From Lama glama (lineage: Eukaryota), in assembly GCA_028534125.1 (NCBI GenBank), contig CM052816.1, positions 70,000,001-70,064,000 on the forward strand: a stretch of DNA of 64,000 bases, read 5' to 3'. Positions 38,511 to 53,099 of this stretch are shown here, one piece after another. How positions within the stretch are numbered: the first letter of the stretch is position 1; each line of letters begins with the position of its first letter. The notes below the pieces were generated by a model, which did no database searches, was not told the DNA's origin, and was given only the letters and a program-made list of their open reading frames with translations. The translations under genes and the position numbers were made by a program.

Positions 38511-40779
38511 TCTGTTCTTTTCCCAGTAACACATGAGACCAGTTCATCTAATGGCAAGAGAGGAAATGGAATCCTACAAAGGATTAACGAACACATCTTT
38601 TTCAGATTTTCTCTAAGAAATGTAAACAGCTAACCTCTTTTTCTGTCAAATTAATCAAAAATACTACCAAATCCATTGCTCTACTTCTGTCCTTCTTCCC
38701 TCTCACCTGGACTAATACAACAATCATTTAATTGGCCTCCCTGCCTCTAGTTTTATTTTCCTTAAAGGCATCTTCCACATCAGTCAATTACATCCTATCA
38801 TGTCACTGCTTTGCTTAAAATCCTTCACTGATTGGCAACACTTTATTTTTAGAAATGGAAGTATTTAGGGATGGAGTACCATGACATTTATACTCTACTT
38901 TCAAGTAGCTTAAATAATAAAGAACGTATTCTTCATATGTGCATTTTTCTCATATACATATATATGCATATGCAATCATATATGTATTCTGCTTATCAAT
39001 ATACATTTAATACATAAATGTAAAATTAGCAAAAAAACCAAAACATGTACATTATTAAATTTAAGTGGTGGGTTTATGAATTCTTTATATGCTCTCTTGC
39101 ACATATGAAGATTTTAATAAAAAGTTGTAAAATTGAAAACAAAATGAAAAATATTACAATTAGTATGCTTCATTTGTGGAAAAATGGAAAAGAATAAGAA
39201 TGTATTTGCTTCAACATGCATAGACAAACTTCCAAGCATAAGAATCTAATTAACAATGATTTCTTGTGGGGGTAGGGAGAACATGGTAAATGAGCAGATG
39301 GGAGACAGAGATGAGAGGAAAACTCTTAACATACAATTTACTTTATATACATAGAACTCTATGATAGCATATCAATTCAAAATATTACATTGAAAAGTAA
39401 TGATCATTTTTTATTTAATGCATATGATTACTGTGAGGATTAAATGAGACAACAAATATAAAGCCTTAGTGCTTGGCACTTGGTCAAGGATCAATAAATG
39501 TTAGCTAGTCTAGCTGCTGAAGTAAGAAACAAAACTTCAGTATTGATAAAACCATCTAATGTGTAGAAGTTAATTTTAATTTATACCAAAGGGATATTTA
39601 CACTCTCCAGAAGTAGGCAGTTACATGAATTTCAAAATCCATTATCAAAATTTTTAACAAAGGAATTTTTTGATTGGCATAAATCAAGATTGCAATTTTT
39701 TTTCCCTTGGTGAAATGAGTGGTACTTGAAACACATGACTGTCTAGAAAACTGCATGGGACCACTGAACAAGGTTTAACAATTTAGCAAGCTCAGCAGCC
39801 TAGACTTTTTAGAACAACATTCAAGGTCTAGACCTCCATTCGGACCTAGGATCTCCCACTTTGTGGAAGACACTGTTGCCTGACTTGGCCAGTTCTGCCA
39901 TCAGACTACTGCTATTGGTTATCAGTAGTGAACCAAGATTCTCATCATGAGGCCTGTGAATCATCTCTTCATGGAGGACCTACTACCTAAGCTGACTGCA
40001 CAGCAGACCATTCCCATCATAAGAATTTGTTATTGTCTACCTTTAGTCAACCAAGGTATAACATCATAGAGATACTGAGATTAAATGAGATACAAATAAT
40101 AAATAGCACTGCTTCTGATATATTTTGAGAAAAGTTATTCACAATCAATACTGTTATTTTTGAACTAAAGTTTTAAAATTAATAATTAAATTCCATTTAG
40201 AAGTTTTAAGCTTTTATTAGCTTAACCCTGAAATTGAACCTAATTCTAAGATATAGATTCAACCACAAAAAAAAAAAGAAGCCCAGATTTTAAAACAACT
40301 AAACAACAATTCATTTCCTTAAACTGCTACAGTAGATCATTTTTTGGAATCAGGCACAAATCTAGGAAAAATTTAGTAATAAATTATTTTAACAAGAGGT
40401 GAGTTATTAATAAAGGAAAAACTGAAAATATCTTATACTAGTTAGCAAAGCAGTACTAGTTTTATATATAGTATATTTTAAAAATAATGTCTGTAAATTT
40501 GACAGATCTATTAATTTGTTTAAAGAAATCAAACAGAATTTTTAAAGTAGCATAAAATAAAATCTAGACTTTATCACCTCATAAACATAACACAAAATAT
40601 ATACGCACAAGAGCACAAAAGGCTACATAAAAAGACACACACACACTAAACTACTACAGTTGTTAGTTTAATGAAAATAGCCTGTTATTATGTTAATATT
40701 TTCATAGATATTCATACCATTTGAGAAAAATCAATATTTACTATAAAATTTGTACAAGAAACCTGGTATAAATCTCGGT

Positions 40780-43700
40780 ATGGCCAAGATGGTGGAGTAG
40801 TATGACCCTGAAGTCACCTCCACCCATGGGCACACCAACCATCTATGACAACAACCCGAAAGACAGTCCACAGCTAAAGATGGGTAATAGGGCCTGACCT
40901 ACACTCGTGGATGGGTGACCTACAAACGAAAGGACAATCACAGTTGCAAAGGTTCTCCCCAAGCAGCAAGGGGTCCAATCCCCACATTGGACAACCCAGC
41001 CCAGAGGTCCTACACCAGGAAGAGAAGCCCCCAGAACAGCCTGCTGGGAAAGACCAGTGAGGCTTGCGTACAGGAGAGCCAGAGGGCTTTAGGAAACAGA
41101 ATTCACTCTTAAGTGGTGCACACAAAATCTCACACATTCTGAGTTCCAGTGCAGAGACAGTAATTTGAAAGAAGCCTGGGTCAGACCCACTTACTGATCT
41201 TGGAGAGCCTCCCAGAGAGGCAAGAGGTAACTGGGGCTCCCTCTCCCCAACCCCAGGGACACATATGCTGGTAGCAGCCATTTTGGAGGCTCATTCTACT
41301 ATGAGAACACTATTGTTGTCAAGTAACATTTGGAGTCTTCCCTCTAGCCTATTAGTCCTGAGGGCTTACTGGCCCACAAGTGGGGCAGCAACAGCTTGAA
41401 GTCTCTCTGGGTCCCACAGCTAGCCACTCTAGGCCCCAGCCCTGTCCACCAGCAGGCCAACACCAGTCCTGGAAACCCCGTCATACAGCTAGCTGCACAG
41501 AGATCCAGCACAGCCCAGTCCACCAGCAAGCCAGCAGCTACCATACAAGGCAGGGCCTGGCAGCCAACCAGGCTGGGGGCTAGCCCTGCCAACCAGTGCA
41601 CCTACAGTAGTTGGTCCCACTACAACAGCAGTCCACAGTGGGAGCAGCCCTAGAGCTTAAAGGTCTGCTGACCACAGTGGAGTATGCTGCTGGGCCCTAT
41701 GGAATGTATCCTATAAGGCTAGTTACTCTAAGATCAGGAAATGTAACCAACTTATCTAATACAAAGAAATAAACAGAGATTTAGGCAAAATGAAGAGATG
41801 GAGGAATATGTTCCAAACAAAGGGAAAAGAACAAAACCCCAGAAGAACTAAGTGAAGTAGAAATAAGCAATCTACCCAAATAAGAATTCAAGGTAATGAT
41901 CATAAAGATGCTCAACAAACTTGGTAGAAGAATGAACACACACAGTGAGAAGTTTAACACAGAGTTAGAAAATATAAAGAATCAAACAGAGCAGAAGAAT
42001 ACTATAACTAAAATTTAAAATACACTAAGAGGAATCAACTGATGATACAGAAGAATGGAACATGGAACTCAAAGAGTAGCAGAATTAACCCAAGCTGATT
42101 AGAAAAAATTTTTTTAAATGAAGACAGTTTGAGACCTCAGGAACAATATCAAGTATACTAATATTCACATTACAGAAGTCCCAGAGTGAGAAGAGAGAGA
42201 AAGAAAGGGGCAGAGAATTTATTTGAACAAATAAAAGCTAAAAACTTTCCCTACCTGGGAAGGAAAACAGACATGCAGGTCCAAGAAGCACAAAAAGTCC
42301 CAAACAAGATAAACCCAAAAAAGACCCATACCAAGACGTATTATAATTAAATGGGAAAACCTGAAAACAAAGAGAGAATATTAAAAGCAGCAAGAGAAAA
42401 GCAACTGGTTACATACAACAGAATTCTGACAAGACTATGAGCTGACTTTTCAGCAGAAACTCTATACGCTAGAGGGGAGTGGCAGGATATATTCAAAGTG
42501 ATGAAAGGAAAAAACCTACAACCAAGAATACTCTACCTGGCAAGGCTATCATTCAGACGTGAAAGAGAGACAGAGTTTTACAGATAAGGAAAAGCTAAAA
42601 GATTCAGTACCACCAAACTGGCTTCAAAAGAAATGTTAGAGGACAGAAAAAGGGATGAAAATAAGGTATTCCATGCAAATGAAAACAAAAAGAAAGCTGG
42701 GGTAGTAATACTTTTATCAGACAAAATAGACTTTAAAACAAAGATTGTAACAAGAGACAAAAGACACTGTATATTGAGCAAGGAACCAACCAAACAAGAA
42801 GATAAAACAATTGTAAACATACAGGCACCTAACACAGCCACACTTAAATACATAAAGCAAATATTAAGAAACATAAAGAAACTGACAGTAACACAATAAT
42901 TATTATAGCACTTTAATACCCTACTTACATCAGTGGACAAGATCATCCAAACATAAAATCAATAAACACTGGCCTTAAATAACTCATGAGACCAGATGGA
43001 CATAATAGATATAGAGTACTCCATCCAAAAGCAGCAAAATACATATTCTTTTCAACTGCACATGGAACATTCACCAGGATAGATCATATACTGAGTCTCA
43101 ATAAATTTAAGACATATCATATCAAGCACCTTTGCCAACCACAATGCTATGAGATTAGAAATCAACTGTAAGGAAAAAAAGTGCAAAAAACAGAAACACA
43201 TGGATGCTAAATAATATGCTACTAATCAACCAAAATGTCATGGAAGAAATCAAAGAGGAAATCAAAAAAGACAAATGAAAAAGGGAAACAATGATCCAAA
43301 ATCTATGGGACACAGCAAAAAGCAGTTCTAAGAGTAAAGTTTCTAGCAATACAAGCCTAACTCAAGAAACAAGAAAAATCTCAAACAATCTAACTTTATA
43401 ACTGAAGGAACTAGAAAAAAAAAAACAAACAAAAACTAGTTAGTAGAAGGAAAGAGTAAAGATCAGAGCAGAAATAAATGAAAAAAGAGACAAAAAGAAA
43501 AAACAAAAAAAAGAGAAAATTTCTCAATGAAATTAAGAACTGGTTCTTCAAAAAAATAAGCAAAACAGATAAATCTTTAGTCAGACTCATTAAAAAAAAA
43601 AAGCGCGTACGAGACAGAGCCAAATCAAAAATGAAAGAGAAGTTATAACTAACACCACAGACATAAAAAAGGTAAGAGATTACTACAATCAATTATATTC

Positions 43701-46530
43701 CAATAAAATGAATAACCTAGAAGAAATGGGTAACTTCCTACAAACATACAACCTCCTAAAACTGAATGAGAAAGAAAGAAAATATGGACAGGCTGAATAA
43801 CAGTAATGGAATTAGTAACTAAAAAAAAAAAAACAAAAAACTCCCAACAAGCAAAACTCCATGAGTAGACAGCTTCACAGGTGAATCTTATCAGACAATT
43901 AAAGTTAACACCTATCCTTCTCAAACTATTCCAAAAATTGAAGAGGAAGGAGTACACCTGAACTCATTCTATGAGGCCAGCATCACCTTGATAATAAAAC
44001 TTAAAAAGATAAAAGGAAACTACAGGCCAAAATCACTGATGAAACAGATGAAAAAAATCCTCAACAAAATATTAGCAAACAGAATTCAATGATACATTAA
44101 AAGAATCATACACCACAATAAAATGGGATTTATCCTGAAGATACTAATGGCTCAGTATCTGCAAATCAATCAGTGTGGTATAAACTGAAGAAGAAAAATT
44201 TCAGACAAAGCATTTGACAAAATTCAACATCCATTTATGATAAAACTCAACAAAATGGTTATAGAGGGAACATACCTCAACAGTAATAAAGGCCATATAT
44301 GACAAACCTACAGACAATATCACACTAAACAGTGAAAACTTGAAAGCATTTCCTCTAAGATCAGAAACAAGACAAGGATACCCAGCCTAACCACTTTTAT
44401 TCAACATAGTTTCAAAGTCCTAGCCACATCAATCAGGCAAGAAAAGAAATAAAAGGAATCAAAATTGGAAAGGAAAAGTAAAACTGACACTGTTTTGCAG
44501 GTAACATGACACTATAAATAGAAAATCCTAAAAATGCCACCAAAAAGGTCTTAGAACTAATAAATGAATCAGTAAAGTTGCAGGATACAAAATTGATATA
44601 TAGTGATGTTGTGTTTCTATACACTAAAAACAAACTATCAGAAAGAGAAAATTAAAACAATCCCATTCACAATCATGGCAAAAAGAATAAAATACCTTGG
44701 ATTAAATCTAACCAAGGAGATAAAAGACCTATACTCGGAAAATTGTAAGACACTGATGAAAGAAACCGAAGATGACACAAATGAATGAAAAGATATACAG
44801 TGCTCATGGATTAGGAGAATTAATAGTTAAAATGACCATACTTTCCAAGGCAATCTACAAACTCAATGTAATCTCTATCAAAATACCAATGGCATTTTTC
44901 ACAGAACTAGAACAAGTAATTCTAAAATTCATCTAGAAACACAAAAGACCCCAAAAGGCCAAAACAATCTTGAGAAAGAACAAATCTGGAGGTATCATAA
45001 TTCCTGATTTCAAACTATATAGTAATGCTACAGTAGTCAAAACACTATGGTACTGGCACAAAAATAGATCAGTGGAACAGGAAAGGCAGCCTAGAAATAA
45101 ACCCAGATTTTTGTTGTTAATTATTCTACCAAAAAAAGGAGGCAAGAACATATACATTGGGGGAAAGATAGCTTTTTCAATAACCATGTTGGGTAAACTG
45201 GACAGCCACATGCAAAAGAATCAAAATGGATAACTTTCCCACATCATGTGCAAACATAAACTCAAAATGGATTAAAGACTTAAATGTAAGACCAGACACC
45301 ATAAAAAATCCTAGAAGAAAACACAGGCAGTATGCTGTTTGACATCTGTCTTAGCATATTTTTTCAGATATGTCTTCTCGGGCAAGGGAAACAAAAGCAA
45401 AAATAAACAAATAGGATTATATCAAACTAAAAAGGTTTTGCACAGCAAACAATACTATTAACAAAATGAAAACGTAGCCCATTGAATGAGAGAAGATATT
45501 TGCTAACAATATATCTGTTAAGGGATTAATATCCAAAATATACAAAGAACTCATACAACTCAACATCAAACAAACAAGCCAACTGAAAAATAGGCAGATG
45601 ACCTGAATAGACATTTTTCCAAAGATACACAGATGACCAAAAGACACATGAAAAGATGCTCAACGTGACTAATCATCAGGGAAAGGTACATCAAAACCAC
45701 AATGAGATATCACCTCAAAGAATGTCAGAATAACTATTATCCAAAAGATAACACATAACAAGCATTGGGAAGGATGTTGAGAAAAGAGAACCTTTGTGCA
45801 CTGTTAGTAGGAATGTAAATTGGTACAGTCACTATGAAAAATAGTATGGAGGTCCCTCCCTGCCCAAATTAAAAACTGAACTACCATATGATCCAGCAAT
45901 TCTACTCCTGTGTATTTTTTCTGAAGAAAATGGAAACACTAATTCAAAAAGATGTACACACCCCTTTGCCACAGCAGTATTATTTACAATAGCCAAGATA
46001 TGGAAGCAAAATAAGTGTCCATCCATAAATGAATGGATAAAGAATACATGGCATATATATATATACAATGGAATAATACTCAGCCATAAGAATGAAAGTT
46101 TGCCTTTGTGGCAATACAGATGAACCTAGAGGGTATTATGCTTAGTGAAATAAGTCAGACAGAGAAAGACAAATACTGCATGATTTCACTTATACATGGA
46201 ATCTAAAAAACAGAACAAACATAACAAAATAGAAATAGATTCACAGATACAGGGAACAAACTGGCAGTTTCCAGTGGGGAGAGGGTGGGGAGGATGAGTA
46301 AAATAAGTAAGGGAGATTTAAGAGGTATAAACTTCCAATTATAAAATAAATGTCATAGGGATGTAATATACAGTTTAGGGAGTACAGTCAGTAATATTGT
46401 AATAACTTTGTATGATGACAGGTAAGTAGACTTATCATGCTAATCATTTTATAATGTATAAAAAACTGAATCACTATGTATACCTGAAACTAATACTGTA
46501 AGTCAATTATACTTTAATAAAGAAAGAAAA
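40780..46530 (+). mobile_element. Near-full-length L1 (~5.7 kb): GC-rich 5' UTR, degenerate ORF1 (~41790-42640), degenerate ORF2, 3' UTR; non-coding
   Basis: Starts ggccaagatggtggagtag. ORF track shows EN remnant (FHANENKKKAGVVILLSDKIDFK), IKYLGLNLTKEIKDLYSEN and [24 protein letters not shown]. Many stops and frameshifts. Ends gtcaattatactttaataaa plus A-rich tail. Confidence 0.95.
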
Positions 46531-46789
46531 TTAATTAATTTATCCAAATGCAGTAAAACTGCAAACTATTAGACGTGAGCAGAGTAATTAGAACTCTCAA
46601 TGACTTCCCTAAATTACTTAACTAAATGCCTAAGTCTATGATTTTTAAATAAGTATTTTCAGAATTGTACACACAATTTGATTTTAATCACAAAATTAAT
46701 CAATAAAGAATATGAGACATGAAACCAGTACTTTTTCCATTGACTTTTCATAATAACATTCCATCTTTTAAAAATATTCACCTAAACAA

Positions 46790-47005
46790 TGTTTTAATTG
46801 AAGTAAACTGTATTAGTTTCAGGTGTACAATATGATTCGATATTTACATATGCTGTGAAATGATCAGTAGAAATAAGTCTAGTTAACATCCATCATAATA
46901 ATTAAATTCTTTTTCTTATGATGAGAACTTTTAAGTTTCATCTCTTAGCAACTTTCAAATGTGCAATAGTTTTATATTAGGTATAATCACTATGCTATAC
47001 ATAAT
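46790..47005 (-). mobile_element. L1 (L1MA9-like) extreme 3' end
   Basis: tattagtttcaggtgtacaatatgattcgatatt...atgagaacttttaag...cttagcaactttcaaat. Confidence 0.8.
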
Positions 47006-48389
47006 GAAGAGATTTTAACTTTAAAGTAGTTTTGGTTATGCTGACAAATATCCAGATAATAAAATATTCTGAAGAGAAGTTTGAAAAATCATGCAAGACT
47101 TAATACTCATCAACTACAAAATAGTGTACCTATGCTCAGAAAGCCCAGTTGAACTCTGTTGACAGTATATACTCAAGAATGTATACCAAGATTCTAGTTT
47201 CTATTCTCAATTCTCAAACATCTGTTCAAATACCTACTATGTCTTATGCACAATACTAGACCCAGTAGCTGGATTTAAAGATTTATTGGGGGGAAGACAG
47301 TGTCACTGCTTTGAATGCTAGTGGTATTTTCTATTATAAACGTATATCGAGGTGCTTTTCCACGTATGGAGGAAAAACTATATAGGGGAGTGGAGGTGTG
47401 GTGGGATATGGCAGAATTGTCAGGAAAAACTTCCTTAACAATGTTGCCTGTGCTGTCCAGATACTTTTGTTTTCATTGAGCCAGAGGACTGAAAAGAAAA
47501 CTTTTAAAAGTTTTAATGTATTACTTTGATTCAGTCACATATTTAGTGCCTATTATGCGTGTTACAGTCTTGGCAAACATGTTCACACTTTATTTTTAAA
47601 TTAGGTATAGTACCACAAAATCTGTAGTTTAAATTTTGGTTGAAATATCATCAATTCTTTATTTTCCCAAAAATGCTTACTTTCCCACTAATGCTTATTT
47701 TTTTGCCTCCTCCCAACTCCCTTCCAGTAAATTAAATGAAATGTTAAAATTTAACAATATCTACAATATTCCAAAATCCTTTAAATCCTAATAGATGTCA
47801 GTTTTTTATTTGCTTTTATTTCTAAAGTAAATTGAACTGAACAAATTTAACTAAGTAAAATCATGTGGTTTGTTAATATGGACTATATAACAGCAGAATG
47901 TAATTCTCAGTCTCAAAAAGTCAGGGTTCCTTCTGTATATCGAGCACTCAGCCATTTCAAAATCTACAGTATAATAACTACACAGCTAGTTATTATAGAA
48001 AGAAATTACTATTGGCAATTATTTAAATTTGCAATACATTTCCATCTTTTCCATTCTGTCTTTGATGCAAAACTTTGGAGTCGTAGTGAAAACCCAATTC
48101 ACACAAACATCTGTCTTTCTGATAGAATCCCACTTATACATTTTAGTAAACAGTGCCTTATAGTCTGCAATATGCAATACTATTATTCAATATAAGGAAA
48201 AAGGACATATCATAAAATGGGGAAAAAAAGTCATCATTTTCCAGTAATCTGTAACATCACTGTTCATGATGCTTACGTTTAAAACCCAAATAGTTATTTA
48301 ATAAGGAAAACAAAAAAAAAATCTAAAATGCTATACTGCTTAAGGAAATGCTGCTATGAAATATTTTAAATTTTCTATACTGCTCCATA

Positions 48390-50660
48390 ATCAAATGAGT
48401 CCACAGATATTTACTGAGTATCTACTATATGCCAAGTACTGTGTTATGCTGTGAAAGCAAAAAGGTGAAGAAAACAGTTCTTGCCGTCAAAGAACTGATG
48501 CCCACTGAGAAACACACACAAGGAAATAGGCAATCACAATGAAGCATAATTAGTACTAGAAAGAGTTAAGAACAGAGGGCTCTGAGACCACACAGGGTAA
48601 GTATTTAACCCAAGCTTGTGAATTCAAATAATGCTCCTTAGAGAAAGTGATGGTTAATGTGCCACCTGAAGGATGAACACGACTTAAATAAAGCAAAAGG
48701 TGTTGAGGTTGGGTAGGGACAGGAAGGACACAAGGGAAAGCAGAAAACAATCTAGGGAGACAGAACATTTAATCGTATAGGAGAGACTGAGAGCGCACTG
48801 AGTGCCAGCAGTCAGGGATTGCAAGTGGTTCAGAATCACTAAAATATAGTTTGTGTGTGGTTGGAGACTGGACCAGAAGGGGACTGACAAGAGGATGAAC
48901 ATGAAGGAATGAACAGAAGATGCGAGCGGGGAATATGAAGGACTCTATTGCATGTTGAGAAGTTTGGACTTTGTCCTATAGGAAACATGGAGAACAAATT
49001 AAGACCAATGACATGGAGACCAGTTAGGAGACAGGATGATAGTAACTACAGTTGCAATAAGGATGGAAATTGAATGAGAGTTAGGAAAATGAATACTAGG
49101 ACTGAATGATATTGATAAGAGGCCTAAGAGAGGCAGGAGACAAGAATGACACATAAGTTTCTGGCTTAGATAGCTGGCTGGGTGTCAGTGACAGTAACTA
49201 AGAGGGAGAACAAGTGGACTGATGGAGATGATCGTTATCAAATCATCTCAGATATGCTGTGATTAAGATGCCTGTGGAAAATCCAAGTAGTTAGTTCTAA
49301 GGGTCTAGAATTCAAGAAAAATATGCAGAGTCATATCTTACATGGAGAGTAGGTCCTAAAGTCAGTATGTTAGGTAAAAACTGCAAGTAGTAAAAATTAT
49401 CTTTCAAAATCCTTTAGGAAGCCCTTTCACTGCACAGTAGAGACCCACATACCATCTCTTAGCAAGCCAGTTTTCTCGCACTGGAACAAACTGCTGTTTC
49501 TCTGGTTGAGTACAAAATGATCACTAAGTAGAATAATGAGAGATTCAATCTGAATTTTTAACTATTTTTAACACATTTTCTATTCTTTTTTATTTGCCAC
49601 GTATATGGGTCAACTTTCTTGCGTGGAAAGTGTGTATGATGCAAATGAACTATATACACTTAAGCTTTTGTGTAAATAGATGGTAACTGAAGTCACAGTA
49701 AACAATGAGATACAGGAAGAGTATATTAGTTTCTTATTGCTGCTGTAACAAATTACCATAAAGTTGGTGGATTAAAACAACAAAAATTACAGTTCTGGAG
49801 GTCAGAAGTCCAAAATGAGTCTCACAGGGCTAAGACCAATGTGTCAGCAAGACTGGTTCCTTCTGGAAGCACCAAGGGAGAATATGTTCTTAGTCTTTTC
49901 TGGCTTTTATAGGCTGCTGGTATTCCTTAGTATATGGTCACATCACTCTAGTCTCTGCTTCCATGATGATATTTCCTTCTCTGACACCTCCTGTGTCCTT
50001 GTGGGAACCACTGTGATTACATCAGGCCCAACAGGATAATTTCCCACCTCAAGATCCTCAATTTAATCATATCTATAAAGTCACTTCTGTCATCTAAGGT
50101 AACATTCACATGTTCTAGGGATTAGGACATGGACATTTTAGGGCAAATGGATATTATTCAGCCTACCACAGAGTATGTGCAAAGAATAAAGGTACTGGTA
50201 ATTTTCTAGTTCTTAAATTTCATGGTGGGTCCACATGAATTCATTTTGCCACTATGCTTCTTAACATATATGTTACATATATTCATGTATATATAAAATA
50301 TTACATAATGTAAAACACTTTCAAAAGAGTAAAGAGCTATATAAAACTCTTTACTCTGAGAAACACTGGCAGTTCCAGGAACAGGTAAAAGACGATGGGC
50401 ATTCAAAGGGAACTAAGGAAGAAAGCCAAAATAGAAGCAAAAGTAAGAATCTTTCAAGAACGAAAAAAAATCATCCTTTTGGACTCCAAAGGTCATGTAA
50501 GATATGGACTGAGAAGAGTCTATTCATTTAACAACAGGTTCACTGTTGACCTTGATGAAAGCTATTTCAGTGGAATGGTGGATACCAAAAATAGACTGCA
50601 CTGAGCTGAGGAGTGCATGGGAGGTCACAATCTGGAAAAAGCCAGCTGGAGATAAATCTT
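48390..50660 (-). mobile_element. L2 LINE, interrupted by an MLT1 LTR and an unidentified insert
   Basis: atatttactgagtatctactatatgccaagtactgtg; gagtttggactttgtcct-like motif; ttaagatgcctgtggaaaatccaagt; ggttcactgttgaccttgatgaaagctatttcagtgg. Confidence 0.8.
49724..50170 (-). mobile_element. MaLR solo LTR (MLT1B/C-like)
   Basis: tattagtttcttattgctgctgtaacaaattacca...cagttctggaggtcagaagtcc...tattcagcctaccaca; 5-bp TSD gagta on both sides. Confidence 0.9.
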
Positions 50661-50849
50661 TTATATACTCATGAATAAAATACTGTAAATAAATAGACAA
50701 AATGTTGCCAAGATGTTCTGATAATCCAAGAAGAAGAACTAGAATCTAGGTAAGATTTATGAAAGAAGAAAAAAAAAAGATAGAGAAGAGAGAAAGGAAT
50801 AAAAAGGAAAAGAAAGAAGACATAAAAGAAAGAATAAGGATGATGTTAA

Positions 50850-51050
50850 GGATGATAATTTTGTTATTACAACTTATTAGGCCTTAGCATATGCCAGGCA
50901 CTGCCCTAAGCATTTTATATACTTTATGAAACAGATTATGATGTCCATTTTACAGGACAGAAAACAGGCACAAAGCTAAGAAGTGTCAGAGCTGAGGCTC
51001 AAATGTAGGTGGAGCTAACTCTAAAACATGTGCTCCTAAGTACTGTATTA
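50850..51050 (-). mobile_element. MIR SINE remnant
   Basis: tatgccaggcactgccctaagcatttt...ccattttacaggacagaaaacaggcac. Confidence 0.75.
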
Positions 51051-52113
51051 GACTCAGGTAATGGATCCAGTAGAGCAGTTCAAATATGAAAAAGATTAAG
51101 AATATAGCCTGGCAGCATGACTAATATCAGGAGTTAATAGAAAAATCTCTGGAAAGCAATTTTCCTCAAAGCTAGAGTCAAGGACACTTAGTAAAGAGAT
51201 TATTAAGGGAGTTGGCCACACCAACAGTTTGAACTCAAAGCCAAAAAGTTAAATTTGGGACCAAAATAAAAACTAAAGCCCTAAAGAGGAGCCACTTACA
51301 AGCAGTAACTAAGATACACTTAAACCATTAAGTTCATCAGCACAATATCAATGTTTTAAGTCTCAACTAAAGGAAAAGGAAACTGAAATTTGTGAAATAA
51401 CCCCACATGCACACTGTATCCATCCCAATGCTAACTATGCACTAAAATGGTAATGCTAAGACACATTAATAAGATGCATGGCAAGACCACCACCATGGTA
51501 ATCAGTCAGAGATGACAGTGGGACAGGAGCAAGCGCCTAAACGGTAGGGGTAGAAAAAAATTCTCATAACTATCACTGAATCATTTAGGTAGCATCAGTG
51601 AAGGGAAAATATATGCCTACCCAGAGAATGAGATCACCTAGGTTACTGGCCACTTACCTTATCTGCTACATTCTCAAAATCAAAGAAAACTCTGTAGGTT
51701 GATCTTTGTTTGCTGGGATGTTATACACAGTCACTGGTCAACTACCTGGTACACAGTATGGGAATATTATGCTGTCAAGACTTCTTTAAACATGGAACTG
51801 TATAGAAGAAACCACCTCTTCCCTAGAGAACTTCTATTATTTGCAGTTAAGTGAGTTGTAAGACCTCAGTTTCCTGATTCTTTGTCATGTCCTTCAGAAT
51901 GCAGGTGAAGAAAGCAAATTCTAATGACTTACTTACAAACCTAGGAATAGATTAAACTGTATCAACAGACCATCTAAAATGAAGTCATTCAATTTCACAA
52001 AATGAAATGACATTTATAAAGCAATCATCTCAGTGCCTAAGTGTTAACAAATTAAAACTATTAGAATTCTTATTATTAGCACCCCCCCAAAAAAGAAACA
52101 GGTTATAGAGACT

Positions 52114-52242
52114 TTTATTTTTGGTGAGAGGAGGTAATTAGATTTATTTTCATTTTACTTATTTTTTAATGGAGGTGCTGGGAATTGAACCCAGGACCTC
52201 GTGCAAGCTAAGCACACACTCTACACTGAGCCACACCTCCCC
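52114..52242 (-). mobile_element. tRNA-derived camelid SINE (Vic-1-like)
   Basis: ggaggtgctgggaattgaacccaggacctcgtgcaagctaagcacacactctacactgagccacacctcccc; TSD tagagact at 52106-52113 and 52245-52252. Confidence 0.92.
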
Positions 52243-52269
52243 GCTAGAGACTCTTGAGTTTAAGGAGGC

Positions 52270-52700
52270 TATAACCACTACCTTTGGTACTCACGTTGCA
52301 CTCCCCCGACCCATTTGTCATTTCGGCCACAGCTACAGGAGTTCAGACTTGGGTCATCCTCCAGTATCACACCTAAAGTGAACCCATTATGCCAAGTATA
52401 GCTCAAAGTACAGAAGAGCTAACGCCTTCAACCAACGAGAAGTGAGAACCAATGGATAAATGTTCAAGCATTCCAACTTTCAAATGGATAATACTGAAAT
52501 GCATTCTGTATGCTTCTCAGGAGGTTCGGGTGGAACTGAGCCTCTTACTGTTCACTACAGCAATCTCATTATCACACTTTTGGTCTTTCTTACCTGTCTC
52601 ACTCCATAGCTCCTCACTTCTAGTTCCTAGGTAAACTCTCAGATAAACTACCTATACCCACATCTTTGTCTCAGATTCTACTTTACCACAAGACCTGAGA
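52270..52700 (+). mobile_element. ERVL LTR (LTR16-like)
   Basis: ggataaatgttcaagc...cattctgtatgcttctcaggagg...ggaactgagcc...ataaactacctatacccacatctttgtctcag. Confidence 0.7.
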
Positions 52701-53099
52701 AATGATCATCTAGTCTTTGTTTGAATATTTCTACCTAGTCATCCTCAAAGCAGATGTTTCAAGGACATACATCCTACTAAAGTGTGGAAATGCAGTCTTT
52801 GAGACTAGAAAAAAATTACAAATATTTACTGAATAAGTGAACAAACTTTAGCAAGCAAAGTCCCAGAGTTCATTAAGAAAAAGGTAAGAGGTCAGCCTAT
52901 ACAGTATATACAAACATTATTTATTTCCTAAAGATATTTCAGTATCAATGTCAAACTATTCCTGGTCCTTCATTTTTGTTCAAGGGGCCCAGTTTCCATT
53001 ACAACCTGACTTTCAGGGTTCCTATGACCTATAGGCATATGATACAGCAGGATAAGTAAAATTACAAACAATGACTATATTATAGTAAACCCTTAGTCT

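Noticed and set aside
40874..41653. Cluster of GC-rich ORFs suggesting a gene or promoter
   Set aside because: They lie in the L1 5' UTR, are CpG-depleted and do not resemble NDUFS4 exon 1.
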